The notes under the pieces are model-generated. The model was not told the DNA's origin. It worked only from the letters and a program-made list of their open reading frames with translations, and searched no databases. Both the position numbers and the translations under genes were made by a program. 64,000 bases of DNA. It comes from Candidatus Bathyarchaeia archaeon. GTDB lineage: Archaea; Thermoproteota; Bathyarchaeia; Bathyarchaeales; Bathycorpusculaceae. The first letter of the stretch is position 1. Each line of letters opens with the position of its first letter. The stretch spans positions 192,023-256,022 of the forward strand of contig JAVZNE010000002.1 of NCBI GenBank assembly GCA_038882975.1, written 5' to 3'. This document shows positions 9,378 through 18,809 of this stretch, one piece after another.

Positions 9378-10088
9378 ATGTTGGGTGTCAAGCTTGTAAG
9401 CTTTGATGTTTGGGACACCCTACTATCTGTGAGGTCCTATTATCAGAGCATCGCCTTAGAGTTGGCAAAATCCGTGAATTTGGCGCCGGAAACCATTGCA
9501 GATAGGCTTGTTGAAGGATATAGAAAAGTTAGGGCTATTAGGAGGGCTGGCGGCTTTAGCGATTCTGAAATTGTTCCATCAGCTCTTGAGGTGATAGCCA
9601 AATTTCTAGGCGTGGACTCTGAAAAGGTTTCGAGGGCTATTCTCGCCGCGACAGAAAACTATCCATCAGAGCAACACTTAATAGAAGGTGTGAAGGAGGC
9701 TGTTCGCCGCGTTAACGAGCTAGGACTTAAAGTTGTGGTGGTGGGTAATGTGGTTTTTTGGCCTGGAAGCTACAATAGAATTCTGCTCGAGAAAGCCGGT
9801 TTGGCTGGATTTATTGATGAGCAGTTTTATGCTGATGAGTTGGGAGTTTCAAAACCGAAACCGGAAATTTTTGCAAGAGTGCTTTCAAGGTTTAATGTTC
9901 AGCCGCATGATGCTTTGCATGTTGGCGACAGTGTTTTTGAGGATTTGGTTGGCGCTGTGCTTTCCCATATGAGTGCTGTGCTGATCGACAAGAATGTGGA
10001 TGGTGTTGTTAGGCTTTCAAGCTGGAATGTTTACATAATTCCAAGAATAGGCTTGCTGGAACACGTCGTCAAAGAGCTTATTCGCTAA
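9378..10088 (+). CDS. HAD-family hydrolase
   Basis: FDVWDTLL, KPKPEIF, HVGDS...D motifs. I chose the ATG at 9378 over the ORF-track start at 9330. Confidence 0.85.
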   Translation: MLGVKLVSFDVWDTLLSVRSYYQSIALELAKSVNLAPETIADRLVEGYRKVRAIRRAGGFSDSEIVPSALEVIAKFLGVDSEKVSRAILAATENYPSEQHLIEGVKEAVRRVNELGLKVVVVGNVVFWPGSYNRILLEKAGLAGFIDEQFYADELGVSKPKPEIFARVLSRFNVQPHDALHVGDSVFEDLVGAVLSHMSAVLIDKNVDGVVRLSSWNVYIIPRIGLLEHVVKELIR

Positions 10089-10143
10089 CCTGCTGGAAAA
10101 GCATTAATCCTTAAGCATGCTATCTTTTCAAAGGGATAAAGGC

Positions 10144-11514
10144 TTGCCAATCCTTCCAATTGATACTGGGCGTTATGGGACGCCGGAAATGCGGCGGATT
10201 TTCGAGGAGGAAAACCGAGTTCAGAAAATGCTAGATGTTGAGGCTGCCTTGGCTTGGGCACACGCCGAAGTTGGCAACATTCCACGCGAAGATGCAAAGC
10301 GAATCATGGCTGCGGCTTCGCTTAAATACGTCAAAATTGAGCGCATAAAAGAGATTGAACGCGAAATTAAGCATGATGTTATGGCTCTTGTTAAAGCTTT
10401 AGCAGAGGCAAGCGGTCCTAGCGGGGCTTATGTGCATCTTGGCGCCACAAGCTACGACATTGTTGACACGGCAACCGCCCTCCAGCTTAAAGAGGCTTTA
10501 GAGCTTATTGAGCGAAGGCTGAACGATTTCGAGAAGGTTTTGATGGAGAAGGCACTACGCCATAAGGAAACATTAATGATGGGGCGAACCCACGGGCAAC
10601 ACGCCCTCCCAATAACTTTAGGTTTTAAGTTTGCTGTTTGGATGAGGGAAGTTTCAAGGCACATTGAGAGGCTTAGGCAGTGCCGCGAACGCGTCATCGT
10701 TGGCAAGATGAGCGGGGCTGTAGGCACCCAAGCTGGCTTAAGCGAAAATGCCATGCGAATACAGGAGCTTGTGATGCAGAAGCTTGGCATAAAAGCGGCT
10801 GACATTTCCACGCAGATTGTGCAGAGGGACCGTCACGCCGAGCTTGTCTGCCTATTGGCTTTGATTGCTTCGAGTCTCGAAAACTTCGCCACAGAAATTC
10901 GTGAACTGCAGAGACCAGAAATAGGCGAGCTGGCGGAGCCCTTCGAAGTTGAGAGGCAAGTTGGCAGTTCAACGATGCCCCATAAACGGAACCCAGAGGT
11001 ATGCGAACGCGTCTGCGGCTTGGCTAGAATGGTTCGAAGCCTAACGGTTCCAGCTTTAGAGAATGTTGTGACTTGGCATGAACGCGATTTGACACAGTCT
11101 TCTGCTGAGCGCTTTATAATTCCAGAAGCTTGCATACTGGTGGACTACATGCTATTTCTAATGACAAATGTTGTGGCTAATTTGTACGTGAATGAGGAGC
11201 GCATGCGCCAAAACATTGAATTAACCCAAGGGCGGGCGATGTCAGAAGCCGTAATGATAGCCCTAACAAAGAAAGGGATGAGCCGACAAGAAGCCCATGA
11301 ATTATTGAGAAGGCTGACGATAAAGAGTGAGACTGAGAAGCGCCCCTTTAAAGAAGTCCTCCTAGAAGACAAGGTTGTTAGCAAGAAGCTGAGCGAAAAA
11401 GAAATTGATGAGGCTTTAAACCCGCGGAATTATTTAGGCACCGCCTTGAGGCAAATTGAGCTTATAATGGAGAAAACCAGAAGAGAGCGAAAGGAAAGGG
11501 GTCTGGCTGACTAA
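10144..11514 (+). CDS. purB: Adenylosuccinate lyase
   Basis: KHDVMA, HLGATSYD, GRTHGQHA and the GSSTMPHKRNP signature. Confidence 0.95.
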   Translation: MPILPIDTGRYGTPEMRRIFEEENRVQKMLDVEAALAWAHAEVGNIPREDAKRIMAAASLKYVKIERIKEIEREIKHDVMALVKALAEASGPSGAYVHLGATSYDIVDTATALQLKEALELIERRLNDFEKVLMEKALRHKETLMMGRTHGQHALPITLGFKFAVWMREVSRHIERLRQCRERVIVGKMSGAVGTQAGLSENAMRIQELVMQKLGIKAADISTQIVQRDRHAELVCLLALIASSLENFATEIRELQRPEIGELAEPFEVERQVGSSTMPHKRNPEVCERVCGLARMVRSLTVPALENVVTWHERDLTQSSAERFIIPEACILVDYMLFLMTNVVANLYVNEERMRQNIELTQGRAMSEAVMIALTKKGMSRQEAHELLRRLTIKSETEKRPFKEVLLEDKVVSKKLSEKEIDEALNPRNYLGTALRQIELIMEKTRRERKERGLAD

Positions 11515-13742
11515 TATTCTGTTAGGGCCTTTTGCTTCCACTCTTCTTCCTTTTCAAGTTTTTCCCATGCCTCTTTTTTGACGAAGCCTCCCACTTGCTC
11601 TTTAATCTTTTTTGCCAGTTTCGGTCCTATGAGTGGCAGATTCATTAGTTCTTCAATTTGGGCGTGCTTTATGTCCTCTATTGTTTTGTATCCCGCATTG
11701 TATAGTATGCGTCCGCGAACCCTTCCTATGCCCTCCAGCCTTACTATTGGTAGGAGCTCTTTTTTGACGCCCTTTTCCACCCTTTCCATCAGTTCCATGG
11801 TTAGTGGTTGGGCTTCCTTGTTGTTGAATAAAACCGCTAATTCGTGGGTGGCGTAAAGGAGCCACTTTGCATTTTCAACGGTTCTGTATAGGTCGCCTGG
11901 CTGTACGCGGAACTTTTCTATTATTTCGTCTTCGCTTGCCTCTTCTATCCATGCCTTCAAAACCATGGCTGTTTTTGCTTCTGCCAAGAACTCTTCGTAG
12001 TTTATTCGGTCTTCCCACTCGTTTGGCACTGGCGTTAGAAACTCTTCACGGTGTTCCTCGGCGAAGACTGCCACTTTATCTAGTTCACTTGTGCTTGGTC
12101 TAAAAAGCGGGCGCATGTCTGGCGTATGCGCTATCATGTGGAGGAGGCTTAAATCCGTTAGTACTGGCGGTTTTTGGCGTAGGGCGTCACGGATTATGAC
12201 GGCTGAAACTGGGTCTATGTAGAGTTCGCTGACGCGCTTGCCGAATCTTGTGGCGTAAATGTTTGTGCCGCTTACATCAATCATTTCCTCTTCGTATAGG
12301 AAACGGAGTATTTTGGCTATAACGTTCTTTATTGCGGCGATGTCGTATTGATAAGCGTAGAAGGTTTTGCCGAAAAAATCGTATATGCCAGCTTCCGTAT
12401 GCGCATAGTCTGCGGCTATCGTTGCAAGCACATGCCCCCGCAATATGCGTTCCACAGCAAGCCTTGACCATATGCGCTCAGGCTTTGCCAGCACATAGCT
12501 CTCCATCAGGTAGTCGGCTTCGTCGTCTGTTCTCGCAATTAATAGGGCTTCACCAATTTTGTCGTATTTTGGTCGTCCGGCTCTTCCGCACATCTGCTTG
12601 TATTCCAAAACGCTTATTGGATAATAGCCATAACCGGGCTCATAACGCCTATAATCATATATTATGACGGTTCTCGCCGGAAGATTAACGCCAAAAGCCA
12701 GTGTTGGCGTGGCTGTTAAAACCTTAATTTTTCCTTCACGGAAAGCGTCCTCAATTATTTTTCTGTGAGCGCTGCCTAAACCAGCATGGTGAAAAGCCAC
12801 ACCACACTTGACAAGTTCGGCTAGGAGTTCACTTATCCTTGTTTTTTCTCCAGCCGCCAAAATCCTTTCTGCTTCACGCTCTAAAGCCCTTTTCACGGGT
12901 TTGGATAGGATTTCTCCAATTTTCGCCGCTGTTTTCTTGGCCAGTGCCACAGAGCTTTTCCTTGTAGCAGCAAAAATTAGGGCTTGCCCACCAGTTTTAA
13001 CGGTGTGCAGTGCCAAGTTTATGGCTGGGTTTTTAACTTCCCTTTCAATTTTTATTGATTCGCCATCCCTAAACTGGATTTCGTTGTGGAGGAGTACGCC
13101 CTCTTTCAAGAGTATTGGGCGCCAGTCTGTTGTTATGTATTCGGCATTCAGCCACTCTGCAATTTCTTGAACGTTGTTTATTGTGGCGCTTAAAGCCAAA
13201 ATCTGGATTTCTGGGTTTGTTTGCATAAGCCTAGCCAAAACCACTTCGAGGGTGGGTCCGCGCTCCGCCTCGTTTAGCAGGTGCACTTCATCTGCCACTA
13301 CAAGGCTTATATCATCCATCCACTTGGCTTTATGCCTCAAAAGCGAGTCCACCTTCTCATTTGTAGCCACAATAATGTCGTAGCGCTCCAGCCAAGGATC
13401 AGAGCTATCATAATCGCCAGTGGAAATGCCAACGCTTACGCGTTTTCCATCAGGCTTTGTGATGGCTGAGTACTTCTTAAACTCCTCATACTTTTCGCTG
13501 GCTAAAGCCCTCAAAGGCGTCAAATAGAGGACTTTGCCGTCGCCTTCCAAGATGTGTTTTAAGGCGCATAGCTCAGCAATCAAGGTTTTGCCAGAAGCCG
13601 TTGGACTAGCCAAAACAAGGTTTCGCCCATCCAAGGCGCCAGCCTTTATGGCTTCTTCCTGCGGTGGATAAAGCTCAACAATTCCAGACTTAAGTAGAAC
13701 TTCTTTAACCGACTCTGGAATTGGGAGGTCTGTTATCCTCAC
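11511..13742 (-). CDS. hel308: Ski2-like ATP-dependent DNA helicase Hel308
   Basis: PTASGKT, DEVH, FHHAGL, QMCGRAGRP and a C-terminal HhH (GIGRVRGR). Confidence 0.93.
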   Translation of the reverse strand: MRITDLPIPESVKEVLLKSGIVELYPPQEEAIKAGALDGRNLVLASPTASGKTLIAELCALKHILEGDGKVLYLTPLRALASEKYEEFKKYSAITKPDGKRVSVGISTGDYDSSDPWLERYDIIVATNEKVDSLLRHKAKWMDDISLVVADEVHLLNEAERGPTLEVVLARLMQTNPEIQILALSATINNVQEIAEWLNAEYITTDWRPILLKEGVLLHNEIQFRDGESIKIEREVKNPAINLALHTVKTGGQALIFAATRKSSVALAKKTAAKIGEILSKPVKRALEREAERILAAGEKTRISELLAELVKCGVAFHHAGLGSAHRKIIEDAFREGKIKVLTATPTLAFGVNLPARTVIIYDYRRYEPGYGYYPISVLEYKQMCGRAGRPKYDKIGEALLIARTDDEADYLMESYVLAKPERIWSRLAVERILRGHVLATIAADYAHTEAGIYDFFGKTFYAYQYDIAAIKNVIAKILRFLYEEEMIDVSGTNIYATRFGKRVSELYIDPVSAVIIRDALRQKPPVLTDLSLLHMIAHTPDMRPLFRPSTSELDKVAVFAEEHREEFLTPVPNEWEDRINYEEFLAEAKTAMVLKAWIEEASEDEIIEKFRVQPGDLYRTVENAKWLLYATHELAVLFNNKEAQPLTMELMERVEKGVKKELLPIVRLEGIGRVRGRILYNAGYKTIEDIKHAQIEELMNLPLIGPKLAKKIKEQVGGFVKKEAWEKLEKEEEWKQKALTEY

Positions 13743-13846
13743 TTGAACGCGCCTTTTTCTTCCCTATCGCAAACTAGAGAACGAAAGCTGTTTAAAACGT
13801 TATTGAAAAACAGAAATTTTGAAAAATAAAAAGAATACGTTTGAGA

Positions 13847-14137
13847 CTATTTCCTCAAGGTCTTGTATAAATCCGCTGCTTTTGTTGGGTCGTTTATGGA
13901 GAAGAACTTCCACTTGATTTCAGGCGAGTAGAAGTTTGCAATGTTTTTAAGCGTCTCTGAGTCGTCTGTCTCAAACAAAGTGAAGCCCTTGCTCTCGCCA
14001 GTGAACTGGAAAGGACCAAAAATCAGTTTAGCAAACTCTTCGTTTCCCTTTTCCCTTTCAGCTGTCATTTTCCTAAACTTTTCAATGACATCCATAACGT
14101 CGCCTCCAACAACCTTCCAAAATCCTATATACTTCAT
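13847..14137 (-). CDS. Small DUF3303-like protein
   Basis: MKYIGFW...KGFTLFETDD pattern, with a GGAGGTG Shine-Dalgarno upstream of the ATG at 14137. Confidence 0.55.
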   Translation of the reverse strand: MKYIGFWKVVGGDVMDVIEKFRKMTAEREKGNEEFAKLIFGPFQFTGESKGFTLFETDDSETLKNIANFYSPEIKWKFFSINDPTKAADLYKTLRK

Positions 14138-14541
14138 ACACTTTTCACCTCCAACATTCAGTTTACATGCTGAACCTCGCCAACAAGCAAAGAAAGCAGC
14201 CTTCACACTGCCTACTTAACGAGCCAGCAAAGCTCACTCAATAACTATAAAACCAGCCTAATAAGGTCTTCCCTTTGTTCGTGCTCAAATTTTTCTAGAG
14301 GGTATCCAATTTAGGCGTTTTCTAACAGGTAAATTTGATGTTTGGCTGTTTAGTTGCGGAAATCTATAGGGGGAGGGGTGCTATTGGCTTTGGAAAAAGC
14401 CAAAAAATGTAGAGAGGGTGGTGTATTTGTTGTTTGGAACCAGCCACAAATATGACGTTTAGGCGTTTAACAGCGTCAAATAGCTTTTTCTATAAGCTCA
14501 AACCTAATAGGAGTTGATAAGCCAAACGGACTTGAAAGGTT

Positions 14542-15765
14542 ATGGTGGAAAACGTTCGCGAACTATTAAAGGCTCATGAGGGATTAAAGCGTGAAGTCTA
14601 CTTAGACATTGAAAACTCAAGCATGGTGCCAACAGAAGTTGTTGAAGCCATGCTTCCATATTTTAACCAGCGCGCATATGGCAATCCAACGCTTACCCAC
14701 AAGCCTGGATGGGAAGCTTTCGAAGCCATAATGGAGTCAGCTCAAAAAATAGCCGGCTTCATGGGATGCAAAAACCTCGAAGAGGTTAACTTTACGCCTG
14801 GCGAAACGGAAGCTAACAACCTCGCCCTGCTGGGTGCAACCCTTCAAATGCGGGGTAAGGGCAAGAAAATTGTGATTTCCGAAGTTGAGCCTTTAAGCGT
14901 CCTGCATGTGGCTGAAATGCTAACCAAATATGGCTTTACTGTAACAAAAATCCCTGTTGATGGTGAAGGCTTCATAAACCTTGAAAAACTGAAAGAAGCC
15001 GTTAACAGCGAAACCGTTCTCGTAAGCCTTTCCGCCGTAAATCATGAAATAGGAACAATACAACCAATAAAAGAAGCCCAAAAAATAGTCAAGGACAAAA
15101 ACCCAAACGCAATATTCCATACGGATGCTTCAGACGCTTATGGGAAAATACCATTCAACGTGCGGGACTTGGGCGTGGATATGGCAACAATAAGCAGCTA
15201 CAAAATCCTTGGGCCTCGCGGAATAGGAGCCCTCTACGTGAAGGAGGGAATAAACATAGAAAGAATATTGGAAGGGCAACTTGGCACACAGAAGCTTTGG
15301 CCGGGCGTTGAAAACACACCCCTAATGGTTGGCTTTGCAAAAGCCTCTGAACTCGCCTTTCAAAACTTTGAAGAAAACGTCCTGCATATGCGAAAACTAA
15401 GAGACAAGCTCATGAACGGAATTTTTGAGAAAATAGCCGACGTGCGCCTAAACGGTCCAAGGGGCGAGAAAAGGGCGCCCGACAATGCCAACATAAGCTT
15501 TCTGCGCTGTGAAGGCGAAGCCCTAACAATCGAGTTAAGCCTAAACGGCGTTTATGTCTCAAGCGGAAGCGCATGCACAAGGCGCCTATTACAGCCAAGC
15601 CACGTCCTAACAGCCATAGGCAGGAAATTCGAGGAAGCCCATGGAAGCATCCTCATGAAGGTCACCCGCTACCACACTGAAGAGGACATAGACTATGTTT
15701 TGGAAGTTTTCCCAAAAGCCGTTGAGAGACTTAGGGGGATAACTGGCACAACAGTGGTGGGATAA
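14542..15765 (+). CDS. IscS/NifS-like cysteine desulfurase homolog with a degenerate active site
   Basis: TEANN, EIGTIQP, FHTDA, SSYKILGP and the VSSGSAC loop are present, but several PLP and substrate residues are substituted. Confidence 0.85.
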   Translation: MVENVRELLKAHEGLKREVYLDIENSSMVPTEVVEAMLPYFNQRAYGNPTLTHKPGWEAFEAIMESAQKIAGFMGCKNLEEVNFTPGETEANNLALLGATLQMRGKGKKIVISEVEPLSVLHVAEMLTKYGFTVTKIPVDGEGFINLEKLKEAVNSETVLVSLSAVNHEIGTIQPIKEAQKIVKDKNPNAIFHTDASDAYGKIPFNVRDLGVDMATISSYKILGPRGIGALYVKEGINIERILEGQLGTQKLWPGVENTPLMVGFAKASELAFQNFEENVLHMRKLRDKLMNGIFEKIADVRLNGPRGEKRAPDNANISFLRCEGEALTIELSLNGVYVSSGSACTRRLLQPSHVLTAIGRKFEEAHGSILMKVTRYHTEEDIDYVLEVFPKAVERLRGITGTTVVG

Positions 15766-15766
15766 A

Positions 15767-16267
15767 ATGTCGCGTGCACCATTACCCTACAGCCAAAAAA
15801 TCCTTGAACTTTTCAGAAACCCTAAAAACCTTGGAAGAATGGAAGATGCCACCGTGTCGGCTGTTGCTGGAAACCCCCAATGCGGAGACATGATAACCTT
15901 CTACTTGAAAATAAACGAGCAAGACATAATTGAGAAGGCAACTTTTGAAAGCTATGGGTGCGCCGCCAACATAGCCACATCCAGCATAGTAACGGAAAAA
16001 GTGAAGGGAATGAAACTTGAAGACGCGTGGAAAATCACATGGAAAAGCGTAGCAGAAGAGGTTGGTGGACTCCCAGCGGTAAAATTCCACTGTGGAATCC
16101 TAGCTGTCGGTGCCCTAAGACGCGCCATAAGAGCCTACTACAAAAACAAGCAAACAACGCCTGAGTGGCTTCCAAAAGACCTAACCTTCGAAGAAAAACA
16201 AGCCCTAGAAGAGGAAGAGTTGGCAAGAATCCTAGAGAAAAAGATGAAGATGGCAGAGGAAAAATAA
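15767..16267 (+). CDS. iscU: IscU/NifU-type Fe-S scaffold with C-terminal extension
   Basis: YSQKILELFRNPKN, GNPQCGD, GCAANIA, KFHCG (3 Cys + His). Confidence 0.92.
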   Translation: MSRAPLPYSQKILELFRNPKNLGRMEDATVSAVAGNPQCGDMITFYLKINEQDIIEKATFESYGCAANIATSSIVTEKVKGMKLEDAWKITWKSVAEEVGGLPAVKFHCGILAVGALRRAIRAYYKNKQTTPEWLPKDLTFEEKQALEEEELARILEKKMKMAEEK

Positions 16268-17505
16268 TGTTCGACCCATACAAGATTAGGGAAGACTTCC
16301 CAATCTTAAAACGCAAAATAAACAATCATCCGCTAATCTATTTTGACAATGCAGCCACATCTCAGAAACCAAAACAAGTGATAGAAGCCATAAAAGAGTA
16401 TTATGAGTTGCATAATGCCAACGTCCACAGAGCAGTGCACACGCTTTCGCTGGAGGCAACAGAGCTCTATGAAAGCGCCCACGAAGAAACAGCCAAATTC
16501 ATAGGAGCAGAAGGCGCTGAGGAAATAATCTTTACAAGAGGAACAACAGAAGCCATAAACACCGTCGCCTACTCTTTGGGACTGCGAAACCTCAAACAAG
16601 GCGACGAAGTTTTAGTCACACTCATGGAACATCACAGCAACATTGTGCCGTGGGAAATCCTCTCAAAAATGAGGGGCTTCAAAGTGCGCTACATAGACGT
16701 CAACGAAGATGGGACTCTAAACAAGCAAGCCCTTGAAGAAGCCCTTTCTCCAAAAGTGAAAATGGTCTGCATGGCACACGTCTCAAATGTTACTGGTGTA
16801 ATAAATGATGTGCGGTATGCTGCAAAACTCGCCCACGAAAACAACGTCCTCATCCTAGTCGACGGGGCCCAATCAGTACCCCACATACCAATAAACGTGA
16901 AAGAATTGGACTGCGACTTCCTAGCCTTTTCTGGACACAAAATGCTTGGACCAACAGGCATAGGCGTCCTATACGGCAAGCGAGAACTCTTAGAAGAAAT
17001 GGAGCCCTTTCACGGAGGAGGCGAAATGATAAGGGAAGTCTCCTACAACCCAAAAACCAAAAGCTGCAAAATAACGTGGAACGAACTTCCATGGAAGTTC
17101 GAGGCTGGAACACCAAACATATGCGGAGGAGTAGGCCTAATGGCAGCCATAAAATACCTAAAAAACCTTGGAATGGAAAACGTTCAAGCCCACGAATGCG
17201 CCCTAACCGAATACGCCATAAAACGCCTACAGGAATGCCAAAAAGTCAAAATTTACGGTCCAAAGGACGTGAAAGTTAAATGTGGCATAGTTCCCTTCAA
17301 CCTTGAAGGCTTCGACTCCCACGACTTGGCTCTGCTTCTAGATTCTTATGGCATAATGATAAGGAGCGGCTTCCACTGCGCCCAACCCCTCCACCAAAGG
17401 TTCGGGCTAAAATCATCAGCAAGGGCAAGCTTCTACATATACAACACCCGAGAAGAAATCGATAGGCTGGTGGAAGTCCTAAAGGAGATTGAACAGTCCC
17501 TATGA
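16267..17505 (+). CDS. sufS: SufS-type (group II) cysteine desulfurase
   Basis: YFDNAATSQKP, MEHHSNIVPW, FSGHKMLGPTG, RSGFHCAQP. The ATG at 16267 overlaps the iscU stop (TAATG). Confidence 0.93.
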   Translation: MFDPYKIREDFPILKRKINNHPLIYFDNAATSQKPKQVIEAIKEYYELHNANVHRAVHTLSLEATELYESAHEETAKFIGAEGAEEIIFTRGTTEAINTVAYSLGLRNLKQGDEVLVTLMEHHSNIVPWEILSKMRGFKVRYIDVNEDGTLNKQALEEALSPKVKMVCMAHVSNVTGVINDVRYAAKLAHENNVLILVDGAQSVPHIPINVKELDCDFLAFSGHKMLGPTGIGVLYGKRELLEEMEPFHGGGEMIREVSYNPKTKSCKITWNELPWKFEAGTPNICGGVGLMAAIKYLKNLGMENVQAHECALTEYAIKRLQECQKVKIYGPKDVKVKCGIVPFNLEGFDSHDLALLLDSYGIMIRSGFHCAQPLHQRFGLKSSARASFYIYNTREEIDRLVEVLKEIEQSL

Positions 17506-17774
17506 GCATCGTCTTGGACGATTACATAGCAAGAATAGAAGAGGCATGTGGAGAAGAAAAAGACTACATAGTCCACTTCAAGTACGACAAAAAAGAAGAG
17601 GCAATAACAAAAATACTGAAAAAAGCCACAATGCAAAAAACCACAGCAAAAATAATCTTCGACCTAACGTATGGAGAAACAGCCATACGCCTATACGCAA
17701 CAGGAAAAGCTGTCTTCAAAAAAGTGAAAGACAAAAACCAGCTGAACCAAATTCTAACAGAACTGCTTTCTTAA
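17502..17774 (+). CDS. Small hypothetical protein, last gene of the Fe-S operon
   Basis: ATGA overlap with sufS. One Cys (EACG) and a C-terminal IRLYATGKAVF alpha/beta motif. Confidence 0.7.
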   Translation: MSIVLDDYIARIEEACGEEKDYIVHFKYDKKEEAITKILKKATMQKTTAKIIFDLTYGETAIRLYATGKAVFKKVKDKNQLNQILTELLS

Positions 17775-17805
17775 ATCTTTAATTTTCTATTAAGCGCCAG
17801 CAAAG

Positions 17806-17841
17806 TTTATAAGTAATACTTTTTAATTAAAAAGTAATACT
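17806..17841 (+). promoter_or_regulatory. TATA box (TTTATAAG) overlapped by a 30-bp inverted repeat AGTAATACT-TTTTAATTAAAA-AGTAATACT; NikR-like operator
   Basis: The near-perfect palindrome at 17812-17841 lies directly upstream of a Ni/Co ECF S-component gene. Confidence 0.7.
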
Positions 17842-17853
17842 GAGGTTTGATTA

Positions 17854-18516
17854 ATGCATATACCGGACGGCTACATAAGCCCAGAAATCGCCGCCATAAT
17901 GGCTGCAATATCCATCATATTCCTCGTTTTGTCGTGGAGAAAGGCGAAAGCCACATACCCAAAATCATTAGCCCCCTTGCTAGCGGTTTCAAGCGCTTTT
18001 ATCTTCGCAGCCCAAATGATTAACTTCCCAATAACGTATGGAACAAGCGGACACTTGGTGGGCGGAACATTCCTCTCAATAGTTTTAGGCCCTTACGCGG
18101 CAATTTTAAGCATGACGATAGTTCTGCTTATGCAGGCGCTTTTCTTTGCAGATGGCGGAATAATAGCCCTAGGAGCAAACATTTTTAACATGGCGGTTAT
18201 TGGCGGTCTTAGCTTCTACATAGTTAAACTCATAGCTGGAAACTTAACAAAAGGCAAACGCTTTTTTATAGGCGTGTTCACAGCCTCATGGCTATCAGTG
18301 GTTTTAGGAGCCTTGACATGCGGCTTACAAATTGGATTTTCACCAGCCTTCACAGAGGCGGGTGGAATAACCGTAACAGTCCCAGCCATGCTCTTTTGGC
18401 ATGTGCTAATAGGCATTGGTGAAGCGGCAATAACAACAACGGCCATAACACAACTGTACCGAGTGCGACCAGCAGTGCTGAATGGTTTAGCTTTCCTAAA
18501 GAGGGAAGCCATTTGA
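17854..18516 (+). CDS. cbiM: Ni/Co ECF transporter S component (CbiM/NikM)
   Basis: MHIPDG N-terminus, GTSGHLVGG, ADGG...LGANIFNM. Confidence 0.93.
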   Translation: MHIPDGYISPEIAAIMAAISIIFLVLSWRKAKATYPKSLAPLLAVSSAFIFAAQMINFPITYGTSGHLVGGTFLSIVLGPYAAILSMTIVLLMQALFFADGGIIALGANIFNMAVIGGLSFYIVKLIAGNLTKGKRFFIGVFTASWLSVVLGALTCGLQIGFSPAFTEAGGITVTVPAMLFWHVLIGIGEAAITTTAITQLYRVRPAVLNGLAFLKREAI

Positions 18517-18800
18517 AGGGCTACGTTAAAGCACTAATCCTAATAGCTGTTGGGCTTGCAATCCTAATACCCTTCGCCTCATCCTACCCAGACGGCTTAG
18601 AAACAGTAGCCGAAACCCTCAACGTAAAAGAGGCGGAACCATTCTGGGGCGGATTGATGCCAGATTACACCCTCCCGGCAATTGAAAACCCATACTTATC
18701 AACACTGGCAGCGGGCTTCTTTGGCATAATCATAGTTTCAGCAGCGGCATATGCCCTAGGCAATTTAATATCAAAGCAAGAAGAAAATAAAATAGGATAG
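18513..18800 (+). CDS. PDGLE-domain (NikN-like) ECF accessory membrane protein
   Basis: FASSYPDGLE and MPDY motifs with two TM helices. Confidence 0.9.
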   Translation: MKGYVKALILIAVGLAILIPFASSYPDGLETVAETLNVKEAEPFWGGLMPDYTLPAIENPYLSTLAAGFFGIIIVSAAAYALGNLISKQEENKIG

Positions 18801-18809
18801 GCTGTTTGG

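Noticed and set aside
14432-14440. GTT-N3-AAC SurR-like site upstream of the Fe-S operon
   Set aside because: A single short match expected by chance; the extended motif is absent.
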